A DNA stretch of 64,000 nucleotides, from contig CDRNST010000067.1 in assembly GCA_977016875.1 (NCBI GenBank), positions 558,001-622,000 on the forward strand. Direction: 5' to 3'. Positions 25,775-38,996 of the stretch are shown here, piece by piece; within the stretch, counting starts at the first letter, position 1, and each line of letters begins with the position of its first letter. The notes below the pieces were generated by a model, which was not told the DNA's origin, did no database searches, and was given only the letters and a program-made list of their open reading frames with translations. The position numbers were made by a program, and so were the translations under genes. The DNA comes from Pavona decussata. Lineage: Eukaryota.

Positions 25775-26935
25775 ACCTTGTTTTTCTTCCTCCTAAGTTT
25801 CTCAACTTCTTTTTCCAAATTGCTAAGTCGGATGCTCAGAGACTGTAGTAAGGGTTGGCAGTTGGGGCAAGGGCTGTTGACAGCTGTGAATGATGGTAAC
25901 CCTTGCCAGTTGTGATCTCTTGGGGCTTGTCCTTGCACTGTTTGCAGCTGAAGTAAGCTCATATTATGGGATGAATAGCCTGTTGGTACCTCTAAATCAG
26001 ACATACCATAGTCAACAGTGTCCCAAACTATGAGAAATGGAGAACTCATCCTGCGGAATAGTAGGTGGAGACAACACTTGGTTGAATTATTTATGAACTG
26101 TGGAGGACTGGGCATTGATGAGTGGCTTAGTGAAGAACTGCTTGAGGTCGATTGACTTAGACCCATTGTTGGTGTGAAGAACTGAAACCTTGGGGAAGGG
26201 GTGACAGGTGAAGCTGGTATAAATTGAGATGACTGTGCTGTGCTGCTGAAGTTTGATGGCAGCCGTGGTGAAAAGAGGGTTCTTTCTCCATTTTGGCTCT
26301 TGGCTGAAATTGGAGTTTGTAAGTAGGTGAGGATCTTACTTTGCTGAGATACATCTACAGGCAGGGGTTTTGAATGTGGAGGAGCTGGCACAACTGCATC
26401 AGAGGGCTGTACGTTTGACATGAGATTTGAATCTGACTGATGGTTGGTCTTGTTTTCTGCTGTAACCTTGACAGTTTCAACTTCTTCAGATGCAGCACTT
26501 GCATTCTTCCTCCGTACCGGTTTGTATTGGCGACTTTAATTTTTTTCAATCTTATCATCTTTATTTGGGTCTGCTTGAGAATTTTCAGATTCATCACTTC
26601 CCTCAACCACCTTTCTGGAAGGTTTGGGCTCCCTCCGAGGACAAAGAGTATTGACATTCACCTTGTTTCCTGTACCATCAAGTGCAAGTGAAGGGGTAAC
26701 CAGTGCAGTTACCATTTTTTCACCATGTTTTTTATCAGTATTGACAATCATACAAGTGCAAGAGATTTACCGTACAAGTGCTTTTTTGAAAATGCTATCA
26801 AAATGACACTGGTCTTTTAGAAGTTGAGTTTTAAATTTTGACGGGCATATTAACTCCTTAAGGTTACTGTATACATTCGAGGGTGTCCTCCAGGAAATCT
26901 TTTCTACTCCCACACTGTTTCAAAATAAATCCTGA
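25775..26935 (-). other. Unassigned spliced coding remnant (Ser/Pro-rich, CPNC, coiled-coil)
   Basis: ORF 25702-26421 ends SPCPNCQPLLQSLSIRLSNLEKEVEKLRRKKNK followed by gtaag; upstream exon-like block 26933-26772 bounded by ag/gt. Confidence 0.4.
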
Positions 26936-26963
26936 AAAACTAAATTATACAATGTAGTACCTG

Positions 26964-27538
26964 TAGTCAAACTTCTATTAAGTAGTCACCCTCGGAAAAT
27001 AGCCAGTGGGCCACTTAAAAGAGGTTTTCTAAAACGTAGTACACTACTGAACTAGTCTAAGCATGTATAATTATGTTGTAGGTTAAAATGAATCCCAGGT
27101 TAAAATGATTTCAACCTAGTTTGACTTGTATTTTCCTTTGTTCCAGATGTAAATTACCCTAACCTTAAACAAAGGAAAATACAAATGAAACTAGGTTGAA
27201 GTCATTTTGACCTGGATTAATTTTAACCCACAACACTTTTTTTGTATCGGTTAACAAGAACAGCAACTCAAAATATGAGAAAAACATCAAGCAATTGCAT
27301 GGTCAAGGAAGTTCACCCTTGGTTCGCCTGTCGTTTGTCGAAATATTGCATTGTAATTGACTACATGACCGCTTTATAGAAGTGAAATACAATAAAATTA
27401 ACTAATTGGGAATTCTAAATGGTGACCGCATCCACTTAATAGAAGGTCAAAAAATTACAGTAAATAGAGGGACCAATTTTTGTGAATTTTAAAAGTCTCC
27501 ATTTAATAGGGGGTGACTGCTTAATAGAGGTATGACTG
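26964..27538. mobile_element. Tc1/mariner-type MITE hosting a hairpin MITE
   Basis: tagtcaaacttctattaag ... cttaatagaggtatgactg|ta. Confidence 0.55.
27074..27235. mobile_element. Hairpin MITE with TGTTGT...ACAACA termini
   Basis: Near-palindrome over ~160 bp. Confidence 0.7.
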
Positions 27539-27772
27539 TAAATTTAAACCATGCAAATTCATGGTAAACCGAAGTTGTAGTTGAATTTTGACAGCAAATG
27601 GAATTATTGGAGTATGACACCTTCATGTATTTATTGACTGGGCTTACAAATTACAGTCTTATTGATGTATGTTGCATTATTTTCAATTTCTTTCAGCATT
27701 ATTGCTTCACCTAACCAAAGAGTAAAACAGTACCGGTAAATTTTTTGAAGACCTGACCTCTTATTATAATAC

Positions 27773-27904
27773 ATGAATATGAATATATGAAACATCATAT
27801 ATTGAACTGCAGATGAAAGATTAAATAGAAGAAAGATCCTCACAGTGAGTACGCAACTTAAATAGTTGCGAGAAGAAAGCCTGAAAAAAATTCAGGCTTG
27901 AACA

Positions 27905-27947
<43 letters not shown>

Positions 27948-28008
27948 CCAACTGAGCTATTAAGTCAACTGGGAGCTGGTCATATTGTGAGTTTGTAATA
28001 TACCCGTG
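27773..28008 (-). mobile_element. tRNA-derived SINE
   Basis: Minus strand: A box TAGCTCAGTTGG, B box GGTTCGAATCC, then a non-tRNA body and a (ttcata)-type tail. Confidence 0.85.
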
Positions 28009-30921
28009 AAACAAGATCTTCAATCATTTTAACTAGGTCTGCTTTCTTAATGTTAATAAGCTGGGATGCTGCCTCTCTCGCTTCCTGCGTCACATACAAT
28101 GTTGTCAATGGTAGGTCTGTTCTTTTTTTACCACTGATGAAAACATTTTCGAAGACCATTTCTCTGTTGGCACTAGCAACCTCAGTTAGATCAACCAGAC
28201 TTTTGTCCAAAAGTTTACCATCGAGAGATAAGTGTGTCTTCTCATCAAATGGGTTGATCAAATAACTGTGGAGAGGAAAACAGTTTGGGTATAGACCGTA
28301 AGAGTGATATGACATTACATGTACATCATGTAAGAGGGCTAAATAACTTACATATTTGCAGTTACCATGAAAATTTAAAGTGTTGAATTACATGGGCCAC
28401 TGTGTCCATAAATAATAAATAATGTGCTGAATAAAGCAAAAATTGAACTTTTGTACAGATCAGATTAAAACTCACTATTTAAGCCTCTTCCTACATTTTC
28501 AGACAAATAAATTTTACCATCAGGTTGATGTGACAGGTACATGTAGTGTTTTCTATAGCCAGCCCCTCTACCCCAACTTCTAGCATACCGTGCACGTCTC
28601 AGTTTTACACGCCAAGCCGAAATTTCCTTGCTTAAGTCTTCTCTCTTTCTGGAAAATTGAGCTTCATTTTTAGGATCCTGCATTCCAAACCAGGAGAATG
28701 TAGCAGCCCTCAGCTACAATGTAAATAAAATAACCAAGTGCTAATTATAATAATAGTTTTTGTTTGCATTGTTTCTTGTAAATACAGTTTGGGAGAAGAA
28801 AATTTTCATGATATATAAAAAGAAATCATTCAAACCACCTAGCAAAGCATTGTAAATCATTATTAAATACAAAAGTTACCTCAGTAAGTTCATCATGATT
28901 CCTGAATATTGTCAACCATTCTCTGGCCGTCATTGCACCATTTTCCCAACATTTTGATGATTAGTTTACTTCTTCCAGTTGGGCGTCAAGACCTTCCCCT
29001 TTGGATTTATTACCACTTGAGCGGACAGCTTCATTCTGCTCAATAAACTTCTTCAGATCCACTGGGTACATGGTCCGCTCACATCTACATGTAGACATGT
29101 GCAAAAAAGGAAAGTACACTTGTCAATAATAATATTACCTTCACTACAAATCCACCGCATTTTCTCTGTCTTAAGGGAAACAAGGTATAGACTTTATAGA
29201 ATAGAAAGAGTAAGTTTTTTTTTAGACCAGGGTCAATAAATTATTAAATTAAAATCACCAAATCACATCATCAAGGATCATTACTGTATGCTATACATGT
29301 CAGTGATACAAAAGGTTCTGAACATTAACAAGTGTGACTTAGTTGTAGATCTCACAGTGGCACTGATAAAATGGACAAATTTTCCCCCTTTGTGTGAATC
29401 AACTAAGTTACCTGTCTTGCAACTCAATAAGCTGGTACTTTGATGTGAAAGGCCTGAAACTGAACAGGGGTGCAAATCCAGTCTGACCACTGTTGACATA
29501 TGCACTGTTGTTCCGCCTGATGCCGATGTGATACATCCTCACAGAACCAATGTAACGCCAAGTTTGCTCTAATAGATACACGTAATTTCTGCATTTCACA
29601 TTAGGCAGCCACTGATACAAATAGTCATTGACAGATATTGGCAACTTACTGGCCATTCTGTCACGAACATATGGCACCAGCCTCTCACACCAGTTTCCTC
29701 GCTCCAAGATGTTAAGCATTGTCATTGAATGGTGATGGCTTTTGGCCCCTTTCGCATAGTTCAAGGCACTTTCTGAGGTGAAGCCAAGTTCCTTTGCCAA
29801 ACAACTTATGAAGACAACCCAGTTCACTGAAAAGAATGTCTTTACCATGTTTATCTCCACATGAAGTGGACCAATACGCAGCACCACCCAATCAAATTCC
29901 TTAGCACAAACAACACCTTCCTCACCCCATCAGAAGCTTCTTTCTGAGCACAGGCAAGACAGAGGACTGTCTCTTTTATAATGCTGACAGCAATCAGGAA
30001 AGGAAGACCATCCATGGTTACAGTAATCCACTCTTGAGAGATCAGCACCACTAAAACCATAACGTGTTATACGTGCTGTGCAACCGACACGACGAAGCAC
30101 TTGAGTAACTGCCTTCTGGGAGTTTGGATTTACAAACACTGGATCAGAAACAGAAATTTTAACAGCATCGGGTTGATGGTTCGAGGGAACATGGCTCCAT
30201 TCAACAACAAATTCTTCATGAACTGTTTTAACCTCCTAGCGCAAACTGGAATCCCCAACAGCCATAACTACCTCATTCTCCTTGAACCTGTAGTGGTACT
30301 TTTTTGTAGGCTCCACAAGTGCTGTGCCCAGGATGTCCTCACCAGTCAACTTTGTCTCGGCTGCTTTCAAATCAACCCTGCATTCTTTGTTAACGCATTT
30401 TCTTTTTGTCTTTGGCATTACTGTCTCACAATTGGGACACACACGACTGTTTTCACTCAGGTTAATTTCGTTTACTCTCAAATCAACATCATCTTTCCAC
30501 AACCCACTCTCAACCATTTGCTCAGAAACAACATCCTTTAGACAGTCATGAATCAACAGCTTATTCTGAAAATAAAGACAAAATTAAAAATGTTTAAGTT
30601 TAGTTTAAGGGTCATTATCTCGTGATGTAAAGGTCTAATGTTTTTTTTGGTTTGAAAATATCTAACCATTATTTAATTTTTATTTTCCTTTGTCTCTGAT
30701 TTGTCATGGTAACCCTTATCTGAGACAAAAGAAAATTAAAAGTAATGCAATACAATCAAACAGTTGCATTTATTATATCAAAGCAAATCTTTAAATTTCT
30801 ATAGAGGATCAGGGTCTTGTGATACACTACTGTAACTGGTTAGTAAGTAGTCCTAACACAATGTAAGGGAGCTTTCACTATGATACAAGTTGCCATTATC
30901 AGATTTGCAAACTGGTGGCTA

Positions 30922-31049
30922 TGTTGTGGTTCAATTTTATCCTTGGTTTAATTTTTATTTCCCTTTGTTTTGGGGTATGGTAATGTATGATAATGAGTTT
31001 AAAACAATGAGAAAAAAAATTAAACCAAGGATAAATTTGAACCACAACA
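30922..31049. mobile_element. Hairpin MITE with TGT...ACA termini and 4-bp TSD
   Basis: GCTA|tgttgtggttcaattttatccttgg ... ccaaggataaatttgaaccacaaca|GCTA. Confidence 0.8.
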
Positions 31050-31584
31050 GCTATACCTCTCTTCTCAGCAACTCCTGCATCTCATCTGTGAATTGGATTC
31101 CCATTTGGAGTTGCTTGTACAAAACTTCATCATCCTTTGCTTTGTCAATACCATCTAGTCAGCATCTATGTAAGATAACAACTTATGTTAAAAATGGATC
31201 CGAAATGACCTGTAACAGCACTTATGTCTAATACATATCATGTAATGCTCTGTTTCCTTAAGCCTCGTTTTCACTAGTGATGCAAGCACAAGCGCAAGCA
31301 GCATATGCAGACACAGTAATGTGTTGATTTGTTGTACACGAAAGGCACTGATGATCCATGCATAACTGTTTCTGTGTATGTTGCTTTAGCATTTAAGTGC
31401 ACATTGTATGAACTTCTTCAACATTAAAAGCTTGTACCAAAACAAAGCACTAGGAAAACTTCAATAAACGAATGTAAATGACTTTTCCTGCCTGTCAAAA
31501 ATAAAACTATAATGTCATTTAAAAATAACAACTGAGCTGACTGACCATACTAAAACAAAAGTAAGGTTTTCAAGACATTGTCTT

Positions 31585-32095
31585 GTTAGTAAAAGTAAGT
31601 AAGTAATTTATTTAGTGTCAAATACACAGGGGGTGGTCTCCCAGTCCCCCGAGCCACAGGCTGATGATATAAGTGTTTGACAGTATAAAAAAAAAGATAA
31701 TAACTACTAATTAAATTAAAAAGTAACATCTAAATATAAATAAATAAAAATAAATCGGGTCAGAGGCAATTGCTGCATTGACAGCCGTTAAAATTTAACT
31801 TAGTTAAAAGTCTCCGAAAGGATGATGCATTAGGTGCGTTTTTTACAGCAGATGGCAACTGGTTCCAGATGTGTGAGATCATGTACGCATATGAGCCATG
31901 AAGGAATCTACTATTGTATGAAGTTTGTACAACATTTAGACCATTGCTTCTAAGATTATATGGTGTAACTCGGGATTTGAATAAATTGGCTACATAGCCT
32001 GGACCATTCTCCCTGAAACATTTAAAAAATATCATCAAAGATTGTTCTATGCGTCTATGTTCCAATGTATTCATGTCTGCCATCCTAAGAATTGA
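31585..32095 (-). mobile_element. CR1/L2-like LINE 3' end in an intron
   Basis: TLEHRRIEQSLMIFFKC..PYNLRS..IWNQLP; minus-strand aataaa followed by a (ttac)n tail. Confidence 0.78.
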
Positions 32096-34499
32096 ATTTA
32101 CTGCATGTATAAATTATGGCAACAATAATTATCCTTATTATTATTCTTCACAATGATCACTGATAAGCTTGCAAAATAATAATTGGCCAATTAAATATTT
32201 CTGATAAAAGCAAGATAACGTGTACCTTGGAGCAAGATCTCCTCTACCACCACTGTCAACCTCAGCCTGGCAAACACTTGTCACCACACTCACTCTTGCC
32301 TTTTGCCCAACTTTCACTTTCCATTTTCGTTGCACAATCTGGTCGTTATCGATGGCGACCATACAGTCTCCAGATGGAAACTCCTTAGCTTCTGAGGTGA
32401 GATCTCTTGTCCAAACTTTCAAAGTGGAGTATGATCCACCAGGAAGAGCCTTGCCAAACATGTTAACTGTCAACTTTAAGTTACTTATGGCAAGGAGACT
32501 GATATTGGTCATGAAGCTACATGGCCCAACAAAGTTCACACCTTGTAGACTATACAGATGTTCAAGAGCTAAACATCGATGAAAATTATTCTTCTCAGGG
32601 GAAGCAATGCCATTCACTACAGCTTTCACTACAGAATTCCTTCTCGAAAACCAATCCTCTGCCCTAAAACTCTGCAAGGTATCAAGATCCTTGTAGGTTT
32701 GGGCAAAAGACTGGCAGTCCACCTGTATCTTTTCCTTTTGAAGCTGGACAACTTCAAGCACCACCTTTGCCTGTACATTTTCTGGCATTTTGCAAAGAGA
32801 GTCAGTAAAATCAGCTGCACTGATGATATAAAGACCCTCTGTATGGGCTAACAGGTCCACCAATTGTTTGCCAAGGGACAAGCACAGTTCCATCAATATA
32901 GTTCGCTGGTCTTGAGCTGGTATCCTTCCGATGCATTCCTTCAGGCAATCCATAGTCAAACTATACACTATAGGAGGACTTAATTCATCTTCATCCTCTG
33001 AAGCAGAGTCATTATCCATTTCTTCATGTTCAGTTGTGGTCATGTTCTTATTCTGACATTTTCTTGCCCTTTTGGCTTTTGAACTTGAAGGCCTCCCTCG
33101 TCGTGGTTTTACTGATGAGTCACACACAGCACAACTGTCACTATGAGGATACCACGTTTTGAATACTGTGACAGTTGTCATTTTACCTTGAAGGTATTCA
33201 CCTTTGCCGCAAACTAGATGGCATTTGACACAAATAAAACGTGGATGGACATTAGGGGAATCCCAACAAAACAGACACTTGCCAAATTCTGTTAACTTTA
33301 GTGGCCAAATTGGATGCGACTACTCTTCGACTTTTATCTTTAATTTTCTGCCCACAAATTCTGCAAAGAGCCTCAAGTTTTTCGAGGTGAACTTCCATGC
33401 CAAGATAAACAACCCTATATAAAGAAAACAACAAATTAAAGCCTATTCTCCTCAGCGAGAAAATGAAAACAGGACAAAATCACGCAAGTCTATCTTGTTA
33501 CTCACGAGTGTAATGAAGCAGCGGTTTGGATACAATTTCACTACCTTGACTTGTACAAAAGTCTACCAGAAATCTAGCTTATCTACCATGTGGACACTTC
33601 GCATAACGAAAGTTTATCTACATAAGAACCGGCAAAAAATAATGCAAGCTTCGTGAAAAATACGTGAATACAGGAAAAAAACAAAAATTGTTCACTTACC
33701 TTGAAACCACGACACAAAATGGCCCTACATCGCTTCGTTTCTTACTCGAAAGTTCACTGATAAACGCATGTATAAACACTATGGTCGCATCCAAAATGGC
33801 CGCTCAAGACTCCTCGCAATGTTTCGTAACTAAAAGTCCCGGATGACCGCTCATACGTTGCTACAGACAATGGATTTTAACATTGCCCGGGCTTTTTGAA
33901 AACCAGCCGCCATTTTCTTCAGAACAATGGATTCATGACGTCACGACTGTCCTAAAAGATTGGGATAATCCAGACTGTTAACGTATGTAAATAGAATAAG
34001 AAGCGATGTATGAGGCGCGATTGTAAACGTAAAAAGTTGATTTTACAAGGTTTGCAATAAACGCTGCCCTCGAATAAACGACGTATCTTAAGTGCCAAAA
34101 ATTTAATAATATTATTAATTTAATTATATTAAAACTTTTGTTGAGCATTGAAATTGGTTGGCCATCGCGCTGGGTAGTTAGATTAAGAAACCTGCATGGC
34201 TCTGTTGAAGCCAGTCCGTATACCGTACTGCGCAATCTCAGAGATTCGATGGGTTGAAACGTCCGATTACACCCGAAACTATTGTGCGTTTTTTAATCAA
34301 GGAAACGCTGTTTTCGAAGTTTTGATTCGAGAGATTAAAGTACAATCAAGCATAATTATGTGCAGCGTACTGGTAGCAATCGCGTGTTTCCATTCTCAGC
34401 TTGTGAAACAGCGGCCGAAAAAGTCGCATTCTTTTAGTTTCGCTTCCTTCACTGTTTATTTTTATTCAATATTCAAGTTCCTGATATAGTTTAACAATA

Positions 34500-36821
34500 A
34501 TTTCATTGATGTGGCGTCTGAGGTGCAGGAGCTACACTGTCTTCTGTTCCTGGCTTACAAAATTGTCTTATCTCACGGTAAAGATAAAGTTTACGTTCTT
34601 CACTCTATCCATTTGGTTCAATCACCGGAGGAGTAGTGCTTGAAGGTGGAAGTACCGCTTGATCTTTCAACAACATGAAAGAACGTTCAGGACTGTTTGC
34701 AAATTCTTTATAATAAACCATTCCAGGGTTTTGCTCAGAAAACCTGAAATGATGGTAGCTCTTGATGTTTGGTAACTTTCTGAAATACTGGCCAAGGAAG
34801 GAAGCCCAGTCATAAACAGGTATGATGATTCTGCCATCGTGCGCAAGTTGTGCCTTGTTTAGGCCACTGGAGTTCTCGACCAATCTTGCAAATTCATAGC
34901 GACGAGATATAAGTTACTTTGTAAACTTTCTTGATTAACCGAAAGCACCGATCGGGGCCAAACTTAGTGTGTCCCGCTATTAGAAATGAGTATGTAATTG
35001 AGCGGTGAAGTTCCAACAAAATTCTGTAAGCTAGGTACCAAAGGAAAAAATTGTTCTTGTTTGGCCGGCGCAGTTGTTGGCATGAAGATGAGCATGCTGT
35101 TTTCCCAGTCCGTAGTGTTCAAGATAATAATGCACGTAGCTGATCGTTGCCTTGGCTCCTTTTCCTGCGGAGACTGCTTCGTCAATTAAAAAGTTAACTT
35201 GGCGAGGAATCCCTTCGCACATAACTCCAAAAATTCCACATTTTCGCGGAGTCTTAAAATATATCGGTCCCGGTTGTAGAGGATTGCTTGGTACGTGTAT
35301 TTGCTGCTCAAAGTCAAAGGTGTAATGTATTGTTGCATTTAAAGAACAGGGTCCGCGGGTTTCACAGTTAAGGAAAGTGTCAGTGTCAAGTGTTTCAAGA
35401 ATTTTTTCACAGTCGTTGCACGAATTTCTGTATAATTCTCTTTCGGTTTGCGCAGTGTTCAAGTGTTCCTGGTGAGCCTTTACACACTCTGATTTTTCTT
35501 CATCCAAGAGGCGGGCAGCCCGCTGTAGTTTTGTGGTGTGTTGTTGACATGTTAAACAAAGATCCGTCATAGGTTTAGCTACCACCACATCAGGATAAAA
35601 CTCGTCCTGTAACTTACGGCTTTCTCATTCTAGGCCTTGCAGGTTCCTTCATACTCTTTCCACACGCTCATTTTTGTCTCCGACGAAGACAAGAGTCTGA
35701 TTTCTTCATTTTTAAATGCAGGAATCCTGCTTGGGAGCACAATGGCATTTTCTTCCACATAATTTTCAATTAACGCATGGATTGGTTCGAGAGATTTTTC
35801 GGACGTTGCATTTCCTGGCAAACATTTGGTGTTTCCGTGAATTCTTGAGAAAATTCCGTGCTCCTGATAATGTTCCTTTAATCTTCGAAACCTGGAATAG
35901 CCAATTCCGTACAAGTGTAAGGACATCTCCTTGCATATGGGGCTCATTTGGTAAATAAAACTACACCGAGGACTCCTGCTTCTTTTGTCGTCAGCCTTTT
36001 CTCTCTTTGTGAATACTTGAATATTTGCCAGGATAGCAAGGTCGAGTTCGGCGCTAGAAAGCTCGAGGCAGTTATTCAAATTGCAAAGAACTGTCTCCTC
36101 TGTAAATTGATCGGAACATGGGCGACCATTTCAACCAAGAGCACAACCGCAAGTTTCCCGCATGAATTTCTTTACCTTTTGCACGATGTCATCAGAGTTG
36201 TCGATTTCAAGCTCAGCCATTTTCGAATTTTCGTGTTGAATGATCTGGCGTTCAAAATAAAAACAATCATTGATTGTCATAATAACTGTTGCCATGGCAA
36301 AATGACGACAGTACTGCAGTCGCACGCATGGCTCTGCATGTAACTAACAACAGCTGCGATTGTTTTCCTGCTACTAAACGCCAATTTTTTGGTTCCGTAA
36401 TGGTTTTCTTTTTTGATAGCGACTGCAATTATTTCTCCTATCAAATGGATACGTTGAGAATGGATGTTGAAGCCGTTCAAACGGTTGTTGCAATTCTTCG
36501 AACAGACGTTCTAGTTGCCGAACGGATAAAATAAAATTAATGGATACAATTAACCGTTCAACGGATGCGAGAACTGTTCGAACAGATGCGAGAACCGTTC
36601 GAACGGATGCGAGAACCGTTCGAACGGATGTTGCAATTAACTTCGAACATATCTCAGAACCGTTCGAACGGATGTCAAAATCATTCAAACGGATACGCAA
36701 ACCGTTCGAACGGCTTGTTGAACGCTGTGAATGGATTTTTTTTGGCGTTCGAACGGATAACGAACCGTTAACGTCTTGGAACAGATAACCGTTAGTGTCC
36801 GTTTTGCCCTTCACGGTCACA
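34500..36821 (-). mobile_element. Sola-like DDD DNA transposon (right terminus TGTGACC; left end not seen)
   Basis: KPMTDLCLTC; FDFEQQIHVP..QPGPIYFKTPRKCGIFGV; NFLIDE..GKGA; HANNCAGQ; GHTKF.PD; YDWASFL; YLYREIRQFCKPG. Terminus ...cacggtcaca|ta. Confidence 0.72.
36470..36795. repeat. Subterminal array of ccgttcgaacgg motifs, including 21-bp tandem units
   Basis: (aaccgttcgaacggatgcgag)n at ~36552-36630 plus dispersed copies. Confidence 0.85.
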
Positions 36822-37049
36822 TATTCAAGGATGTCATACCCTTACACATCAAACATAAGTACTCAGATGAAATGAAAAATAAAACAGAAACAGTAAGATT
36901 ATTATTGTTACAGATGTAACTCAGACTAACCCAATTACTTATCTTAGATCTTCAAAAATGCATGACATTGGAATTTATCAATAAAAAAAATATTGAGTAA
37001 AAACAGTAAAAAATAACTAATGTCAGTTTCGTCATTTTCTTCACATTAG

Positions 37050-38941
37050 GTTCATCTTGGTGTTATTTTTAGAGATGAAAATTTGGGAGAGAACATGATC
37101 GATATCGTAAGGGAACTCCATGGATTGGTGCCAGTTGCACTCGATAATGGAAAAGAGGTGTTTGACCGTGTCCCTGTTGTTGGAGACCAGGAAACAATGG
37201 AGAGAGGGGTGGAAGCACAGTTTTCTGTACGCAATGCCTACAGCAAAACACGTAGATTGGAGGGCCTGTTCTTTCAACTTGCTGATTGGCATCATGAAAA
37301 CAAGCTCCTATCAGTAAGTTTTTGAAACAAATTACTACCACGTGACACATCATTGTACAGTCAAACCAGTAAAACCACAACTACTTGAAGTATTTCAGGA
37401 ATATTTATTGTGTTAGGACACAGAAACTAGCAGCAAAACCACAAACTAAATAACGTTCTTGCTTGCAGTTTATTCTCTCACACCTGACTGACTTTCTTCT
37501 TGCAGCACAATAACATTTTAGAAATATTTCCAGTATTTACAGTTTTCCTGGTTTCATGAAAGTCTGCAGTCAGAGAGGAATAACTCATCACTGTCACAGT
37601 GTGTGTCAATAGGAAAAATTAATGAGAATATTTTCTTTTTCTGTCAAATCACTACATATGAGAACTATTATGAGAAACCACCTCTCCTGTGTGACATTTC
37701 GAGAGAATGTTTCATTGGAATATAAATGAAATACAGCGGTTCCTCAGCATCGGACAAGACTTCGCTGTTTGCTTTGAGAAACCTTGTGAACTGGCGTGAT
37801 GTAGTCAGTGATGCCCAGCAAAAACCTGCTCCATGTAAGCGATTTGTGAATTTGGTGTTGGATGCAAGTATCATTGCTGCAGCCCTTAAGTTCTTTGGCA
37901 TGGAAACAACAGAAGACACACCCACAAAGACCAGTATCAGCCCAGGATTAGCAACAGGACTCAAGGTGGTGCGCCAACGTTTTTTTTTTTGATAGAGTGA
38001 TCAAAGAATTCATTCAAACCTATGTAGTTGATGGAACTCTCTATGAAAATCACTTCAACAATATTCAAGCACTACAGGAATGCGAAACAGCCCTAACTAA
38101 TCAGCCTACACCTCCAAATGGCAGGTACCCCTGTAGATTCCCAGGCTGTTGAAGGTCATTCAAACATGATGGAGTCCACAGGATGAGGCATGAACTGTCT
38201 CATGACCTCCCACCCACCATTCCTGAGGAACCAGTACTTGGTAATACTGTGCCTGATTCTACTGATCAAAATCCTAAACCCAAAGATGACATGTTTGACT
38301 ATCACTGTGGCTTCATGAACATGGCTTTACTGTTACGGAACTTCATGTATGCTGTAAAAGAGGATGATGGTGAAAGGATAATAAGATGTATCAGGATGTT
38401 CCTTTTACATTTCAAACAGGATGGCAGTGGCAGCACCAAGTATGCTTTGGAGACTTTGTTCCACATGTTTCAAATGTATGCTTTGCTCAATCTTAGAGAA
38501 GCAGAAAGGATGAAATGGAACAGAACAGTCAACAATCATGGCAAGCCAGGATGTAATGTTGCCATGGATCTAGCCTTGGAACATGACAATCATTTGATCA
38601 AAGATATGATTAGAGGTCTGGGGGCTAATATCAGTGAAGCTAGTGTTCGTAGAATCTGTAGGGCATTCTTTGTCATCAAAGCGTTTTTTGAACACCTAGA
38701 CCTAGAGATGAAAGTTAAGAAAATCTCAGGTGAACATACCAAGAAATCTGTTGGGTAGGATTTGAGGAAAGTCGTTCAAACACTTCATGAACAGAATGTA
38801 TTTGATAAACAGCCAACCCGGGAAGCAATGTTTTCCTTTCGTGACTGTCCAAGAGACTACCTCCAATTGCAAGAATCAAAGGAATTATTCTCTCGGATAA
38901 ATGAGAATAAGGAAAATGTCAGACTTGGGAAAAGACCGTGA
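37050..38941 (+). pseudogene. Academ-type transposase (DUF6589-like), copy 2, 5' part missing
   Basis: VVGDQETMERG..RLEGL..ADWHH|gtaag; SLFALRNLVNWRDV; C2H2-like C..PGC..H; AVKEDDGERIIR..TKYALE..WNRTVN..NVAMDLALEHDN. Confidence 0.82.
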
Positions 38942-38996
38942 TAAATCCATGCAAAATAATTACATATTTTAGTCAAATCTATGTGCAAATCTCCCC

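Larger units (their letters stand above)
28010..33415 (-). pseudogene. Multi-exon Academ-like DDE transposase with RAG1-N-terminal-like (Chapa-type) zinc module (N-RAG-TP-like)
   Basis: MEVHLEKLEALCRICG..(1-nt frameshift)..DSPNVHPRFICVKC..WYPHSDSCAVC..RGRP; core motifs AIDNDQ, MDGLPF, RIGPLHVEIN, GEGLDAQLEEVN. GT-AG exons at ~33415-32226, 31165-31055, 30565-29412, 29090-28880, 28715-28590, 28265-28010. Confidence 0.72.

Noticed and set aside
27895-27970. tRNA gene
   Set aside because: A/B boxes are present, but there is no proper cloverleaf and it is embedded in a SINE body with a tail.
28010-33415. True RAG1 / ProtoRAG transposon
   Set aside because: No RING finger, no Transib-like core, no RAG2-like gene and no CACAGTG heptamer termini were seen; only the N-terminal module is similar.
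33980-34200. Separate transposon (aaacgctgccctcgaataaacg, pogo-type MITE motif)
   Set aside because: Too degraded to define termini.
36470-36795. CRISPR-like array
   Set aside because: Units are tandem or irregular without unique fixed-length spacers, lie next to a transposon terminus, and there are no cas genes in this eukaryotic context.
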